A model generated the notes under the pieces. That model did not search any database, had not been told where the DNA came from, and saw only the letters and a list, made by a program, of their open reading frames with translations. A stretch of DNA of 64,000 nt from Mizuhopecten yessoensis (lineage: Eukaryota): positions 93,579 to 157,578 of the forward strand of contig NW_018408651.1 of the NCBI RefSeq assembly GCF_002113885.1. Direction: 5' to 3'. Shown here one piece after another: positions 39,912 to 52,440 of this stretch (positions within the stretch are counted from its first letter, which is position 1; each line of letters begins with the position of its first letter). The position numbers and the translations under genes are program-made.

Positions 39912-42900
39912 CTGCTTCCCCCACCACAACGTTTGTTACTTCTATCTCTTCTGTCCTACCTACCTTTCTGTTACGGCGGTGTTTCTCTAGGCTGTAGTCT
40001 ACACAAGGCCAGGACTGCTTCCCCCACCACAACGTTTGTGACCACTATCTCTTCTGTCCTACCTACCTTTCTGTTACGGTGGTGTCTCTCCAGGCTGTCG
40101 TCTACATAAGGTCAGGGCTGCTTCCCCCACTACAACGTGTATGGCCTCTATCACTTTTGTCCTACCTACCTTTCCTGACAGTGGTGTCTCTCTAGGCTGT
40201 AGTCTACATAAGGCCAGGACTGCTTCCCCTACCACAACGTGTATGGCCTCTATCTCTTCTGTCTTGCATACCTTTCTGTTACGGTGGTGTCTCTTTAGGC
40301 TGAAGTCTACATAAGGTCAGGAATGCTTCCCTCACCACAACGTGTATGGCCTCTATCTCTTCTGTCCTACCTACATTTCTGTTACGTCGGTGTCTCTCTA
40401 GGCTGTAGTCTACATAAGGCCAGGACTGCTTCCCCCACCACAACGTGTATGGCCTCTGTCTCTTCTGTCCTACCTACCTTTCTGTTACGTTGGTGTCTCT
40501 CTAGGCTGTAGTCTACATAAGGCCAGGACTGCCTCCCTCACCACAACATTTGTGACCTTTATCACTTCTTTCCTACCTACCTTTCTGTTACGTTGGTGTC
40601 TCTCTAGGCTGTAGTCTACATAAGGTCAGGGATGCTTCCCCCACCACAACGTGTATGGCCTCTATCTCTTCAGTCCTACCTACCTTTATGCTACGACGGT
40701 GTCTCTCTAGGCTGTAGTCTACATAAGGTCAGGGATGCTTCCCTCACCACAACGTTTGTTACCTCTATCTCTTCTGTCCTACCTACCTTTCAGTTACGGG
40801 GGAGTCTCTCTAGGCTGTAGTCTACATAAGGCCAGGACTGCATCCCCCACCACAACGTTTGTGACCTCTATCACTTCTGTCCTACCTACCTTTCTGTTAC
40901 GGTGTTGTCTCACTAGGCTGTATTCTACATAAGGCCAGGACTGCTTCCCTCATCACAACGTTTGTTACTTCTATCTCTTCTGTCCTACCTACCTTTCTGT
41001 TACGGTGGTGTCTCTCTAGGCTGAAGTCTACATAAGGTCAGGGATGCTTCCCTCACCACAACGTGTATGGCCTCTATTTCTTCTGTCCTACCTAACTTTC
41101 TGTTACGGCGGTGTCTATCTAGGCTGTAGTCTACATAAGGCCATGACTGCTTCCCCCACCACAACGTGTATGGCCTCTATCTCTTCTGTCCTACCTACCT
41201 TTCTGTTACGGTGGTGTCTCTCTACGCTGTAGTCTACATAAGGCCAGGACTGCTTCCCTCACCACAACATTTGTGACCTTTATCACTTCTTTCCTACCTA
41301 CCTTTCGGTTACGGTGGTGTCTCTGTAGGCTGTAGTCTACACAAGGCCAGGACTGCTTCCCCCACCACAACGTTTGTTACTTCTATCTCTTCTGTCCTAC
41401 CTACCTTTCTGTTACGTTGGTGTCTCTCAAGGCTGTAGTCTACATAAGGTCAGGGCTGCTTCCCCCACTACAACGTGTATGGCCTCTATCACTTCTGTCC
41501 TACCTAACTTTCCTGACGGTGGTGTCTCTCTAGGCTGTAGTCTACATAAGGCCAGGACTGCTTCTCTCACCACAACATTTGTGACCTTTATCACTTCTGT
41601 CCTACCTACCTTTCTGTTACGGTGGTGTCTCTCTAGGCTGAAGTCTACATAAGGCCAGGACTGCTTCCCTCACCACAACGTTTGTTACTTCGATCTCTTC
41701 TGTCCTACCTACCTTTCTGTTACGTTGGTGTCTTTCTAGGCTGTAATCTACATAAGGTCAGGGATGCTTCCCTCACCACAACGTTTGGTGGTGTCTCTCT
41801 AGACTGTAGTCTTCATAAGGCCATGACTGCTTCCCTCACCACAACGTTTGTTACTTCTATCTCTTCTGTCCTACCTACCTTTCTGTTACGTTGGTGTCTT
41901 TCTAGGCTGTAGTCTACATAAGGTCAGGGATGCTTCCCTCACCACAACGTTTGTGACCTCTATCACTTCTTTCCTATCCTACCTACCTTTCTGTTACGGT
42001 AGTGTCTCTCTAGGCTGTAGTCTACATAAGGTCAGGGATGCTTCCCTCACCACAACGTTTGTGACCTCTATCACTTCTTTCCTACCTACCTTTCTGTTAC
42101 GGTGGTGTCTCTCTAGGCTGTAGTCTACATAAGGTCAGGGATGTTTTCCTCACCACAACTTTTGTGACCTCTATCACTTCTTTCCTACCTACCTTTCAGT
42201 TACGGTGGTGTCTCTCTAGGCTGTAGTCTACATAAGGGCAGGACTGCTTCCCCCACCACAACGTTTGTGACCTCTATCACTTCTGTCCTACCTACCTTTC
42301 TGTTACGGTGGTGTCTCACTAGGCTGTAGTCTACATAAGGCCATGACTGCTTCCCTCACCACAACGTTTGTTACTTCTATCTCTTTAGTCCTACCTACCT
42401 TTCTGTTACGTTGGTGTCTTTCTAGGCTGTAGTCTACATAAGGTCAGGGATGCTTCCCTCACCACAACGTTTGTGACCTCTATCACTTCTTTCCTATCCT
42501 ACCTACCTTTCTGTTACGGTAGTGTCTCTCTAGGCTGTAGTCTACATAAGGTCAGGGATGCTTCCCTCACCACAACGTTTGTGACCTCTATCACTTCTTT
42601 CCTACCTACCTTTCTGTTACGGTGGTGTCTCTCTAGGCTGTAGTCTACATAAGGTCAGGGATGTTTTCCTCACCACAACTTTTGTGACCTCTATCACTTC
42701 TTTCCTACCTACCTTTCAGTTACGGTGGTGTCTCTCTAGGCTGTAGTCTACATAAGGGCAGGACTGCTTCCCCCACCACAACGTTTGTGACCTCTATCAC
42801 TTCTGTCCTACCTACCTTTCTGTTACGGTGGTGTCTCACTAGGCTGTAGTCTACATAAGGCCATGACTGCTTCCCTCACCACAACGTTTGTTACTTCTAT

Positions 42901-44432
42901 CTCTTTAGTCCTACCTACCTTTCTGTTACGTTGTTGTCTTTCTAGGCTGTAGTCTACATAAGGTTAGGGATGCTTCCCTCCCCACAACGTTTGGTGGTGT
43001 CTCTCTAGGCTGTAGTCTACATAAGGCCATGACTGCTTCCCTCACCACAACGTTTGTGACTTCTATCTCTTCTGTCCTACCTACCTTTCTGTTACGTTGG
43101 TGTCTTTCTAGGCTGTAGTCTACATAAGGTCAGGGATGCTTCCCTCACCACAACGTTTGTGACCTCTATCACTTCTTTCCTACCTACCTTTCAGTTACGG
43201 TGGTGTCTCTCTAGGCTGTAGTCTACATAAGGCCAGGACTGCTTCCCCCACCACAACGTTTGTGACCTCTATCACTTCTGTCCTACCTACCTTTCTGTTA
43301 CGGTGGTGTCTCACTAGGCTGTAGTCTACATAAGGCCATGACTGCTTCCCTCACCACAACGTTTGTTACTTCTATCTCTTTTGTCCTACCTACCTTTCTG
43401 TTACGTTGGTGTCTTTCTAGGCTGTAGTCTACATAAGGTTAGGGATGCTTCCCTCACCACAACGTTTGGTGGTGTCTCTCTAGGCTGTAGTCTACATAAG
43501 GCCATGACTGCTTCCCTCACCACAACGTTTGTTACTTCTATCTCTTCTGTCCTACCTACCTTTCTGTTACGTTGGTGTCTTTCTAGGCTGTAGTCTACAT
43601 AAGGTCACGGATGCTTCCCTCATTACAACGTTTGTGACCTCTATCACTTCTTTCCTACCTACCTTTCAGTTACGGTGGTGTCTCTCTAGGCTGTAGTCTA
43701 CATAAGGCCAGGACTGCTTCCCCCACCACAACGTTTGTGACCTCTATCACTTCTGTCCTACCTACCTTTCTGTTACGGTGGTGTCTTACTAGGCTGTAGT
43801 CTACATAAGGCCATGACTGCTTCCCTCACCGCAACGTTTGTTACTTCTATCTCTTTTGTCCTACCTACCTTTCTGTTACGGTGGTGTGTTACTAGGCTGT
43901 AGTCTACATAAGGTCACGGATGCTTCCCTCACCACAACATTTGTGACCTTTATCACTTCTGTCCTACCTCCCTTTCTGTTACGGTGGTGTCTTTCTAGGC
44001 TGTAGCCTACATAAGGTCAGGGATGCCTCCCTCACCACAACGTTTGTTACGTCTATCTCTTCGGTCCTACCTACCGTTCTGTTACGGTGGTGTCTCTTTA
44101 GGCTGAAGTCTACATAAGGTCAGGAATGCTTCCCTCACCACAACGTTTGTTACGTCTATCTCTTCGGTCCTACCTACCGTTCTGTTACGGTGGTGTCTCT
44201 TTAGGCTGAAGTCTACATAAGGTCAGGAATGCTTCCCTCACCACAACATTTGTGACCTTTATCACTTCTGTCCTACCTCCCTTTCTGTTACGGTGGTGTC
44301 TCTTTAGGCTGAAGTCTACATAAGGTCAGGGAAGCTTCCCTCACCACAACGTTCGTGACCTCTATCACTTCTTTCCTACCTACCTTTCAGTTACGGTGGT
44401 GTCTCTCTAGGCTGTAGTCTACATAAGGCCAG
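39912..44432. repeat. 103-bp satellite (CTGCTTCCCTCACCACAACGTTTG...GGCTGTAGTCTACATAAGGCCAGGA), ~45 copies
   Basis: Direct reading. Includes 63-bp deletion variants and a 520-bp higher-order duplication (41821-42860). Confidence 0.97.
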
Positions 44433-45579
44433 TGCTGTAGGAAAAGAGGTACACCCTGATTGAAAAAAACAACTAATAGACCAAAGGAATGGGTGCTAAG
44501 TATGTAGAATATCGATTATTTTCGCTTAAAAAAAACCCTACAGAACTAGATACATGTTTTTTTATTGATATATTTTTAAAACTGTTTTCTTTCCCTCCTC
44601 TCATAAATAGATACGAATGAACTTAACTTGTTAAAAATTAACAACGATCTAATAGACACATGACATCATCGGTAACAAACTTTTACCAGTTTATGTCTGT
44701 TGCAAACATTTTAATTGCAAAGGTGTAAATCGTTGAGCGTTCATTTTCTGAGGAATGACATTGATGATTTATGTTAGCAGTCAAAGACAGTATTTGAACA
44801 GAAATCAAATAATTAAGACAAAACACCAAACATAACGAAGACTCTTATTCCAGTAATTGAATACGCAGAAACAAGATAATACGAAAAAGTGAAAATAACA
44901 ATGAAGGTTGTATTGATTGTTAGCAGAAACGAACTTATGTACTTTCTATTTGTTTTATAATCAAGAGAAACCTGATTTGTTTTAGACATGTTTTCGTCGT
45001 GGATTAGAATTGACCATATTACGTATGTACTTTAGAACACGGATGTCTCCGAGAGATTGACCTCACGTGACTAAAAGTGTTAGATATACATTACCAATAC
45101 GTTGTAACACGTCTGTCTTACACAAGGAGCTCTGTCGTGATTCACAAAACCCATTTCGATAATAATTCTACAAAAACATCAAACAACATGCAATATGAGA
45201 TGGCGACTACACGCGATGTAGGTACATGTAATACTCAAACATCTGACATTCGCTCGTGTTGTAAAAATTACAACGAATAGATTCTAAAACTAAGGGACAA
45301 CAAAAACCTGGTTAGGGAGAAAAATATTTTAGCTATGACGAAAAATCTTCTTAAAAAGTACATGTAGAAAAACTTACATGAAAAAAATCAAGTGATTTGA
45401 TTTTATCTCGGTAAAGAGAACACCCTATTTAAAAAATAGGATGCTAGAAATCTTGTATGTAACTATGCTCAAATATTGGCTGCTTTACATTAAGGATATA
45501 TACTCGTGTATACCCGGCAAACAGTTAAGTTTGATATAGATATAAATGTTACCAAGAAGTAAAGACTATTAATCTAAAA

Positions 45580-46078
45580 GGTTGCATTACCTGAAGGACG
45601 AACCACATATTTTAACATTTATTGATGCGGAAAGCCAGCAAAGTATTCGTTTTATCGCTCAGTATGGTCATTTCGTCGATTTTTGATTCATTATTAGTTG
45701 CACTAAATGTAGAAAGAATGAAAATCCATGTCTATTGTTCCCTGAAGCAAAAATTGAAAAATATGAAACTCTTTTTAAAGTTTACAAATTAACACGTTTA
45801 TATTTCAACCGATATCCTCTTCTGAAACAAGTAATCATGTAAAATGTGCCAAAATATTATTTTTACTGCTAGGTTATAACCAGTGTCGAAGACTAAAAGT
45901 CCACCATCAGACTCAACCACCTTACCACCTGGCTACTTAAAATAAACATAAGAAGTAACTTAGTACATAGTTTATAAAATCAAATTAAGTCGATGCAGAT
46001 ATCCAAACATTTACTGTGACAACTCGTCCATTAAAGACTTATCAGTGGTACTGAAGACAAAAAGAATGAAAATCCATG
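45580..46078 (-). mobile_element. Decayed tandem retrozyme-like/Penelope-LTR-like unit with two hammerhead-like cores ~350 nt apart
   Basis: Minus-strand cores CUGAUAA-GUCU..GGAC-GAG (46022-46045) and AAUGA-AUC..GAC-GAAAU (45669-45685). On the + strand each is followed by the identical 18-mer AAAGAATGAAAATCCATG (45713-45730 and 46061-46078). Linked motif GACTAAAAGTCCACCATCAG at ~45891-45910. Confidence 0.5.
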
Positions 46079-47057
46079 CCTAAAAATATATAGCAATATA
46101 GAAAAAAGTGATAAGTGTTTATTACATATGGCGTAAGATTAGTTTCTGCTGTACCAATTAGTGTGATATGTTGAAGGGTCTCTGAATGATGAGAACAGCA
46201 TAATAAATGTCACTGGCACAATGTAATACAATAACTACAAAATCCTAAAATCGATGACTCGTCGAGCTATTCCAATGTCAAAAATTATTCTTAGGAATAG
46301 ACATAGAGTGTCACACGAACTCTCAGGGTTCAGTTCTATAACACAGGCGACAAGTTGATAATCTGTTTCCCCCACCGCCGACCAAACGATGCTTTCACGC
46401 TGAATTGCTGAAACGGCTGGAATGACTAACACGCACATTAAAAATGTCATATCTGAGACCGATTCAGTCTGCAAACTAATATTCTTTATAACTTGGTTGA
46501 ATGTTGGCCGAACTTCAGTGCAAGCTATTGAACTCATTTACTGCCTTTGCATGGATTTTAAAACATCACATTTATCACGTTGTCATAAAGTGTTATACAC
46601 AAAGTGTCTGAAATATTCCTGTTCTGTAGAGATAACGTAATATCAGTCGTACATTTAGGCACAGAGTCAGAAATAAATGTGAAGATTCCTAAATAATTAA
46701 CCTTGGCATAATAGTTGTTCTATTTCTGGCTGATAAGGCAGCGAGTCTCATAATATAATTAATGTAAGTTAAATGTTCCTGAATGTCTCCGAGAGATTTC
46801 CCCGACAGGACCACGGATCGATTTGGTACAGAGGTGTTGAACACTTCTACTCACACAGATTTGAATTAAAAACTGTAATATCTGTGTTATATTTTTTGAA
46901 TAGTTAAGACAACAAGTTCAAATGCAAATCTGATCAAAATATTTCTTGGAAACTTATTGATTTTGTGATTAAAGTGATTTCAATTTCTACTTTTTAATAA
47001 CGATGGTTGTCTACTGATACTTGTATTATTAATAGATATATTTAATTACTTAAAATG

Positions 47058-48158
47058 TGTATCAATACTAATTACCTCGGACAACCCCTGATTGTATCAA
47101 CACTAATTACCTCGGACAACCCCTGATTGTATCAATACTAATTACCTCGGACAACCCCTGATTGTATCAACACTAATAACCTCGGACAACCCCTGATTGT
47201 ATCAATACTAATTACCTCGGACAACCCCTGATTGTATCAACACTAGTTACCTCGGACAACCCCTGATTGTATCAACACTAGTTACCTNNNNNNNNNNNNN
47301 NNNNNNNNNNNNNNNNNNNNNNNNNNNNNNNNNNNNNNNNNNNNNNNNNNNNNNNNNNNNNNNNNNNNNNNNNNNNNNNNNNNTTACCTCGGACAACCCC
47401 TGATTGTACCAACACTAGTTACCTCGGACAACCCCTGATTGTATCAACACTAGTTACCTCGGACAACCCCTGATTGTATCAACACTAATTACCTCGGACA
47501 ACTCCTGATTGTATCAATACTAATTACCTCGGACAACCCCTGATTGTATCAACACTAGTTACCTCGGACAACCCCTAATTGTATCAACACTAGTTACCTC
47601 GGAAAACCCCTGATTGTACCAACACTAGTTAGCTTGGACAACCCCTGATTGTATCAACACTAGTTCCCTCGGACAACTCCTGATTGTATCAACACTAGTT
47701 ACCACGGCCAATCCCTGATTGTATCAACACTAGTTACCACGGCCAATCCCTGATTGTATCAACACTAGTTAGCTCGGACAACTCCTGATTGTATCAACAC
47801 TAGTTACCTCGGACACCCCCTGATTGTATCAACACTAGTTGCCTCGGACAACCCCTGATTGTATCAATACTAGTTACCTCGGACAACCCCTGATTGTATC
47901 AACACTAGTTACCACGGACAATCCCTGATTGTATCAACACTAGTTACCTTGGACAACCCCTGATTGTATCAACACTAGTTACCTCGGACAACCCCTGATT
48001 GTATCAACACTAGTTACCTCGGACAACCCCTGATTGTATCAACACTAGTTACCTCGGACAACCCCTAATTGTATCAACACTAGTTACCTCGGACACCCCC
48101 TGATTGTCTCAACACTAGTTACCTCGGACAACCCCTGATTGTATCAACACTAGTTACC
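47058..48158. repeat. 35-bp minisatellite (ATTGTATCAACACTAGTTACCTCGGACAACCCCTG), interrupted by an N-gap
   Basis: Unit starts at 47091, 47126 and 47161. Confidence 0.97.
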
Positions 48159-48704
48159 TTAAACAACGACAGTATGTCTATTTATATTGGCAGCTTGACA
48201 TATCACATATCACATAATTGTTTTTGACTCCAGCAGATCAGTTCTACCATCTTCTATCACTGTTTATAACGATGAATTAAAGGAAATTGAATGGTTCACA
48301 AACACCCGTTTGTTAGGAACTTTTGCAGCAGAAGAAAAATGTGCGCTACAGGCAAAATATGTTGAGGAGATCAATGTCCACGCTGCAATGCCTTGTCGTA
48401 AGCAAGACTATGTACGCACTATGTTTACTGCGCATTTTACTGAAATAATATAGCCAGTCGATGTTATGAGGTTTAAATATGATTCTGACTGATAAAGTGT
48501 CACTAGAGTTGACACTCAAAGAAAAATGTCAGACCACAGGGTCGATACAATTAAACAGAGACGCCAAAATAAGCAAAGAACCTTAGAAACAGACAGAAAA
48601 TCGAACTCAGAGACGGTTATAGCTATAAATGGCGGCCTTACGTTTGAATGTGCCTTTTGTGCACAACGTATTGATTCATTTGATATTTTATGTTCTTAAA
48701 GATT

Positions 48705-48920
48705 TTGCTTGTTTGTGCTTTTTGTCATATTAAGAGCTATGGTCATTTAAGTACGAATCAGGTTTTGGTAGTGGAGGAAAACCGCAGTACCCGGACAACA
48801 AAGCACCGACCTGCGGACAGTACCTGGCGACTGCCCCAAGTTGTCCTCAAATCCACGACCCAGTGGTGGAGGGTTAGTGATCTAAGACGGCCACATGAAA
48901 CACTTGGCCACCGAGGGTCC
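48705..48920 (-). mobile_element. tRNA-derived SINE with V-domain-like core, decayed
   Basis: Minus strand: A-box-like GGTGGCCAAGTG, degenerate B box (GGATTTGAGGAC), central TCCGGGTACTGCGGTTTTCCTCC (V-SINE-like), and 3' tail TAAATGACCATAGCTCTTAATA..AAACAAGC. Confidence 0.65.
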
Positions 48921-49809
48921 TCCTTGATGATTTAGTTTAATTTTCTCGTGTGATGTTTTTTCGGCACAAAATTACAGAAATACATCTAAACGTATTCAGT
49001 GGAACTATATTTCACCAACCTAAACCAAATTGTCAGGTCTAAGTAAGCACAAGCAAAATTACCCTTTTTATTTAATTATCCATAAAAATGTCGATGCACT
49101 GGCGACTAACTCGTTTGCGGGTGATCGATTGTCGGTTCGGATTATATAAAACCTTACGTCACTGTCTGATGACCCTAAAAATCATCCCCATCCCACGCAG
49201 TCTAGATATTGTCTCGTCTCTGAGTTCCCGTGAAACCATCTTCCATTGCTCCATTGTATACGGTAGCCAGTACACTTTAGACTATCACTTTTCTCTACCA
49301 CGTGTTGACAAAGTTACTTACCTGAGAACCCTTAAAACGATCCCAAATTCCTCATAAGCACTGAGTATACAATATAACAATGAAAACCTGAAACAATATG
49401 TCCCATTCTTCCCGTGCACTGTTTTGCTAATTCTTAGAACACTGAAAGTTCTATTACCCTGCCCATGCACTGTCCAGACCGTATAACTTATCTGGGAAGC
49501 TCTAAACTGAATTTTCCATTTTCTCCCGCGCACGATGTAGAATTTAATTTCCGCATTTGAAGAAACGTCAAATGAATATCACGAACAATATTCTAAAATC
49601 GTGATAACAACGCCTATCAAGACTACCAAAGAAACCGTAAAACCGTCTTAATGAAAAAGAAAACCGTTTCTATTTTCGCGAACCTGCTTGTTTCATTATA
49701 TCAGGAAATACTAATTTGCCAGTTTCGCATGAGGTCTTTTCATTTTCTCTTGCAATCTTTAACATTTGTTGATCAATCATCACATCATGGCATTATATAT
49801 TTGACCTCC

Positions 49810-49920
49810 ATTTACATGGCGGGTGTCTTTGAAAGCAGAAGACACTTATGCTTCCGGAACACCTGGTTTACTTTGCTTGATCTCCATGTAACTCTTTCTT
49901 TTGTTCATATTTTCCCTTTG
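49810..49920 (+). mobile_element. Dispersed repeat fragment, copy 1 (homologous to 62025-62150)
   Basis: ATTTACATGGC..GAAAGCAGAAGACACTTATGCTTCCGGAACACCTGGT..TCTTTTGTTCATATTTT aligns with the 62-kb copy. Confidence 0.7.
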
Positions 49921-49995
49921 CGGTTTGTTTTATGTGTTTTTATCCCTGTAATCGGCAATGTACAGTCCAAAATGCACGTGTTTTAAACAGTGGTT

Positions 49996-50175
49996 GTTTA
50001 CTGACCGACAAATGTTAACCTTTAACATATTTTTACTGACCGACAAATTAAAATCTTAACATTGATATTTATTAACCGACTAATATTAATCTTCAACATT
50101 GGTATTTACAGACCGAAAAATTGTATTCTTTAATACTCATATTAACTGACCGACAAATGTAATACTTTAACATCA
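49996..50175. repeat. Degenerate ~37-41-bp tandem repeat (TTTACTGACCGACAAAT..TTTAACAT), ~5 copies
   Basis: Recurrent ACCGAC/ACCGAA cores. Confidence 0.75.
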
Positions 50176-50900
50176 ACATTTTCTGAGCAACAAAAGTATG
50201 TTTTCCATTGAATTTCTATTAGTGCTTGGAAGTCATAGGAAGCCCAGTACGTCATTACGATTCCTGTCTCTTCTGTACAGCTGTCGCCAATTTTCCGTAA
50301 TTTATAATGATAAACTAATTACTTTCTTTGTCTTCTAATGGGACTGATCATATATAGTACAGCTGATGTCTTGAGATCCTAATAATGTCGATATGTCCAC
50401 TCTGCCTTTGTATCGACCGAAGCTATTCTAGGACTCCTCGACATTTACGTTTACTTGGTCAAACAGATTTCACTTCTGTAGCTGCCATGGACCAATTACG
50501 GCGTAATTATTCACTGTTTACGTATTTAAGCATTATACAGCTTTCTATAGCCGACATACATTTCTAAATATCAATAGAGGGAGTATCAGAATACGAAGTA
50601 ACGAAGTAAATATTTAAAATTTAATTTTGTCGATGCAGAAACCGAAACAAAGTAAACCTTTAATATCTCCACATGATCGTTTCGTTCATTGAGGACTCAT
50701 CCGTAGTACTAAATGTCTAAATGTCACATCAGTCTTTCTCAATCGCATCTACCACATATTCCTTTTAATGACTTATATGATATAGTGTTAGTTATGTTTT
50801 ACCCGTTATGGGTCCTTATTTCTTTTGGCGCGCTTACAATGCTATACCATTTTGTCACCACAACACGGGAACCGTAACACCCTACCCTGATAATCTCGTG

Positions 50901-51322
50901 CTTTTTCTTGACCATTTAAAAGATTCTCCAATATGCACAGGCAACCTTCGTGAAGAAACTGCGGAACATTATATTTTTTATCTGTCCTCTATTTAACCAT
51001 TCTCATTTGACACTTAGAAACCAGCTGACTAACCAAAATATAACCCATGACCATTTTAATATATATATATACATTATTTCATGGATGCCATGAATGTGAT
51101 AAGGAAACCAATGCATTTGTACTACAATGAATATCAGAGTACATTATCAACACTAAAATATTTGTTTAATCTTAACTATACCTTGTACGGTGGGGACATG
51201 AAGACACGCTATATGAATTGTTTACATGTTTGTTTGATGATTTCAATGACTATGCATATAACATACTGAAGTTGGTAAGGAGGGGGCTTATATAGGCTTT
51301 GCCTGATGCCCTATCCCTAATA
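50901..51322 (+). mobile_element. 5'-truncated CR1/Zenon-type LINE fragment with 11-bp target-site duplication
   Basis: Translates LFLDHLKDSPICTGNLREETAEHY, homologous to the C-terminal Cys/His region of the 57-61 kb LINE. 3' stem-loop GGGCTTATATAGGCTTTGCCTGATGCCC and (TAA)n tail. TSD ATAATCTCGTG at 50890-50900 and 51323-51333. Confidence 0.8.
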
Positions 51323-52300
51323 ATAATCTCGTGATCCCCTCCAGACGGAGGTATTGTGCAACAAGTATATAATGTTTTGCACAAAAATATAATTCCGTCC
51401 TGTGGAAATCGAATCGGTAAATAGGCTGACGTTCTAACAACAAATCTCTGCCGCCCCTACACAGATTCACTGATGTAACACTACAAAGGAACATTAAGTA
51501 GTCAGTTAGGTCTGGCGAACTGTAATGTGTTAGCGTAGAAATCCATCATGGGAGGGAACAGCAGCACTTTACTATGGTCAAGCAATTGTCAAATATAACA
51601 TACAAAATAACAGAGTCTTTTATGGGACAACATGCTTGAGAAGTAATCAGTTTAATCAGTAGCACAATTACGTTTATATATGTAAAGAGTGTAACGCAGT
51701 CCATCGCAATGTTATTAGGGGGAAATGCCGACTTTGTAGACAGTATTCCTATTCCTAGTTCATGTATTAAATTACGGATATCACTTGTTTCAGAAAAAAT
51801 GTTCATGGGAAATATTCTACATAAAGGGAAGGACGTTATGTCTAATAGCAGTAATGATTACATGTTTGCCAGTGAAATATTGGATTTTATCAACTTGATA
51901 AAACTGATATCTTTCACACTGTGACAAATATCGAAAGTAAGGAAACGTTTTAGTATTGACCAATCATAACGGTATCTTCTATTCGTCGCATTCAAAGGTA
52001 ACGAATTTTTGTTCAGATTCAAATGAAGCGACGGTAGAATAAGTGGTTGTTATGGTAAATGTTTGGTACACACACTTAAGTATTTACATAAATATACAAT
52101 TAGTAAAAAATTTATAAGCAATCATACCAGAAAATAGCAGAAAACGTCGGAATTGCGGTGAGTATCCTATTCAAAATGGCGCGCAGCCTTGTTGTTAAGC
52201 GTGACGTCATTAGAAAATGACGCTAATTATTACGCTTCTGATTTCCGCCCTTCTTTCATACGTTACATTTACCATGTTCTAGACTTTAAAAATGTAATAA

Positions 52301-52440
52301 ATAGAAAATTTAATGGTGTTTCAGTAATAACAAATATATTTTTTAATTGAAATATATTTGTTGCGCACTCTTGATTTATTTTTTGTCACACTCGTGAAAT
52401 ATATTTGTTATAACTGAAGACACCATTAAATACCCTCTAT
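52301..52440. repeat. Long imperfect palindrome (~40-bp arms); probable non-autonomous DNA element core
   Basis: TTTAATGGTGTTTCAGTAATAACAAATATATTT pairs with AAATATATTTGTTATAACTGAAGACACCATTAAA. Confidence 0.75.

Noticed and set aside
45713-46078. 18-bp direct repeat as a target-site duplication
   Set aside because: Homology extends ~45 bp to the left of both copies, including the hammerhead-like core, so a tandem unit explains it better.
18725-48158. CRISPR-like arrays
   Set aside because: Head-to-tail repeats with no unique spacers, no cas genes, and a eukaryotic context.
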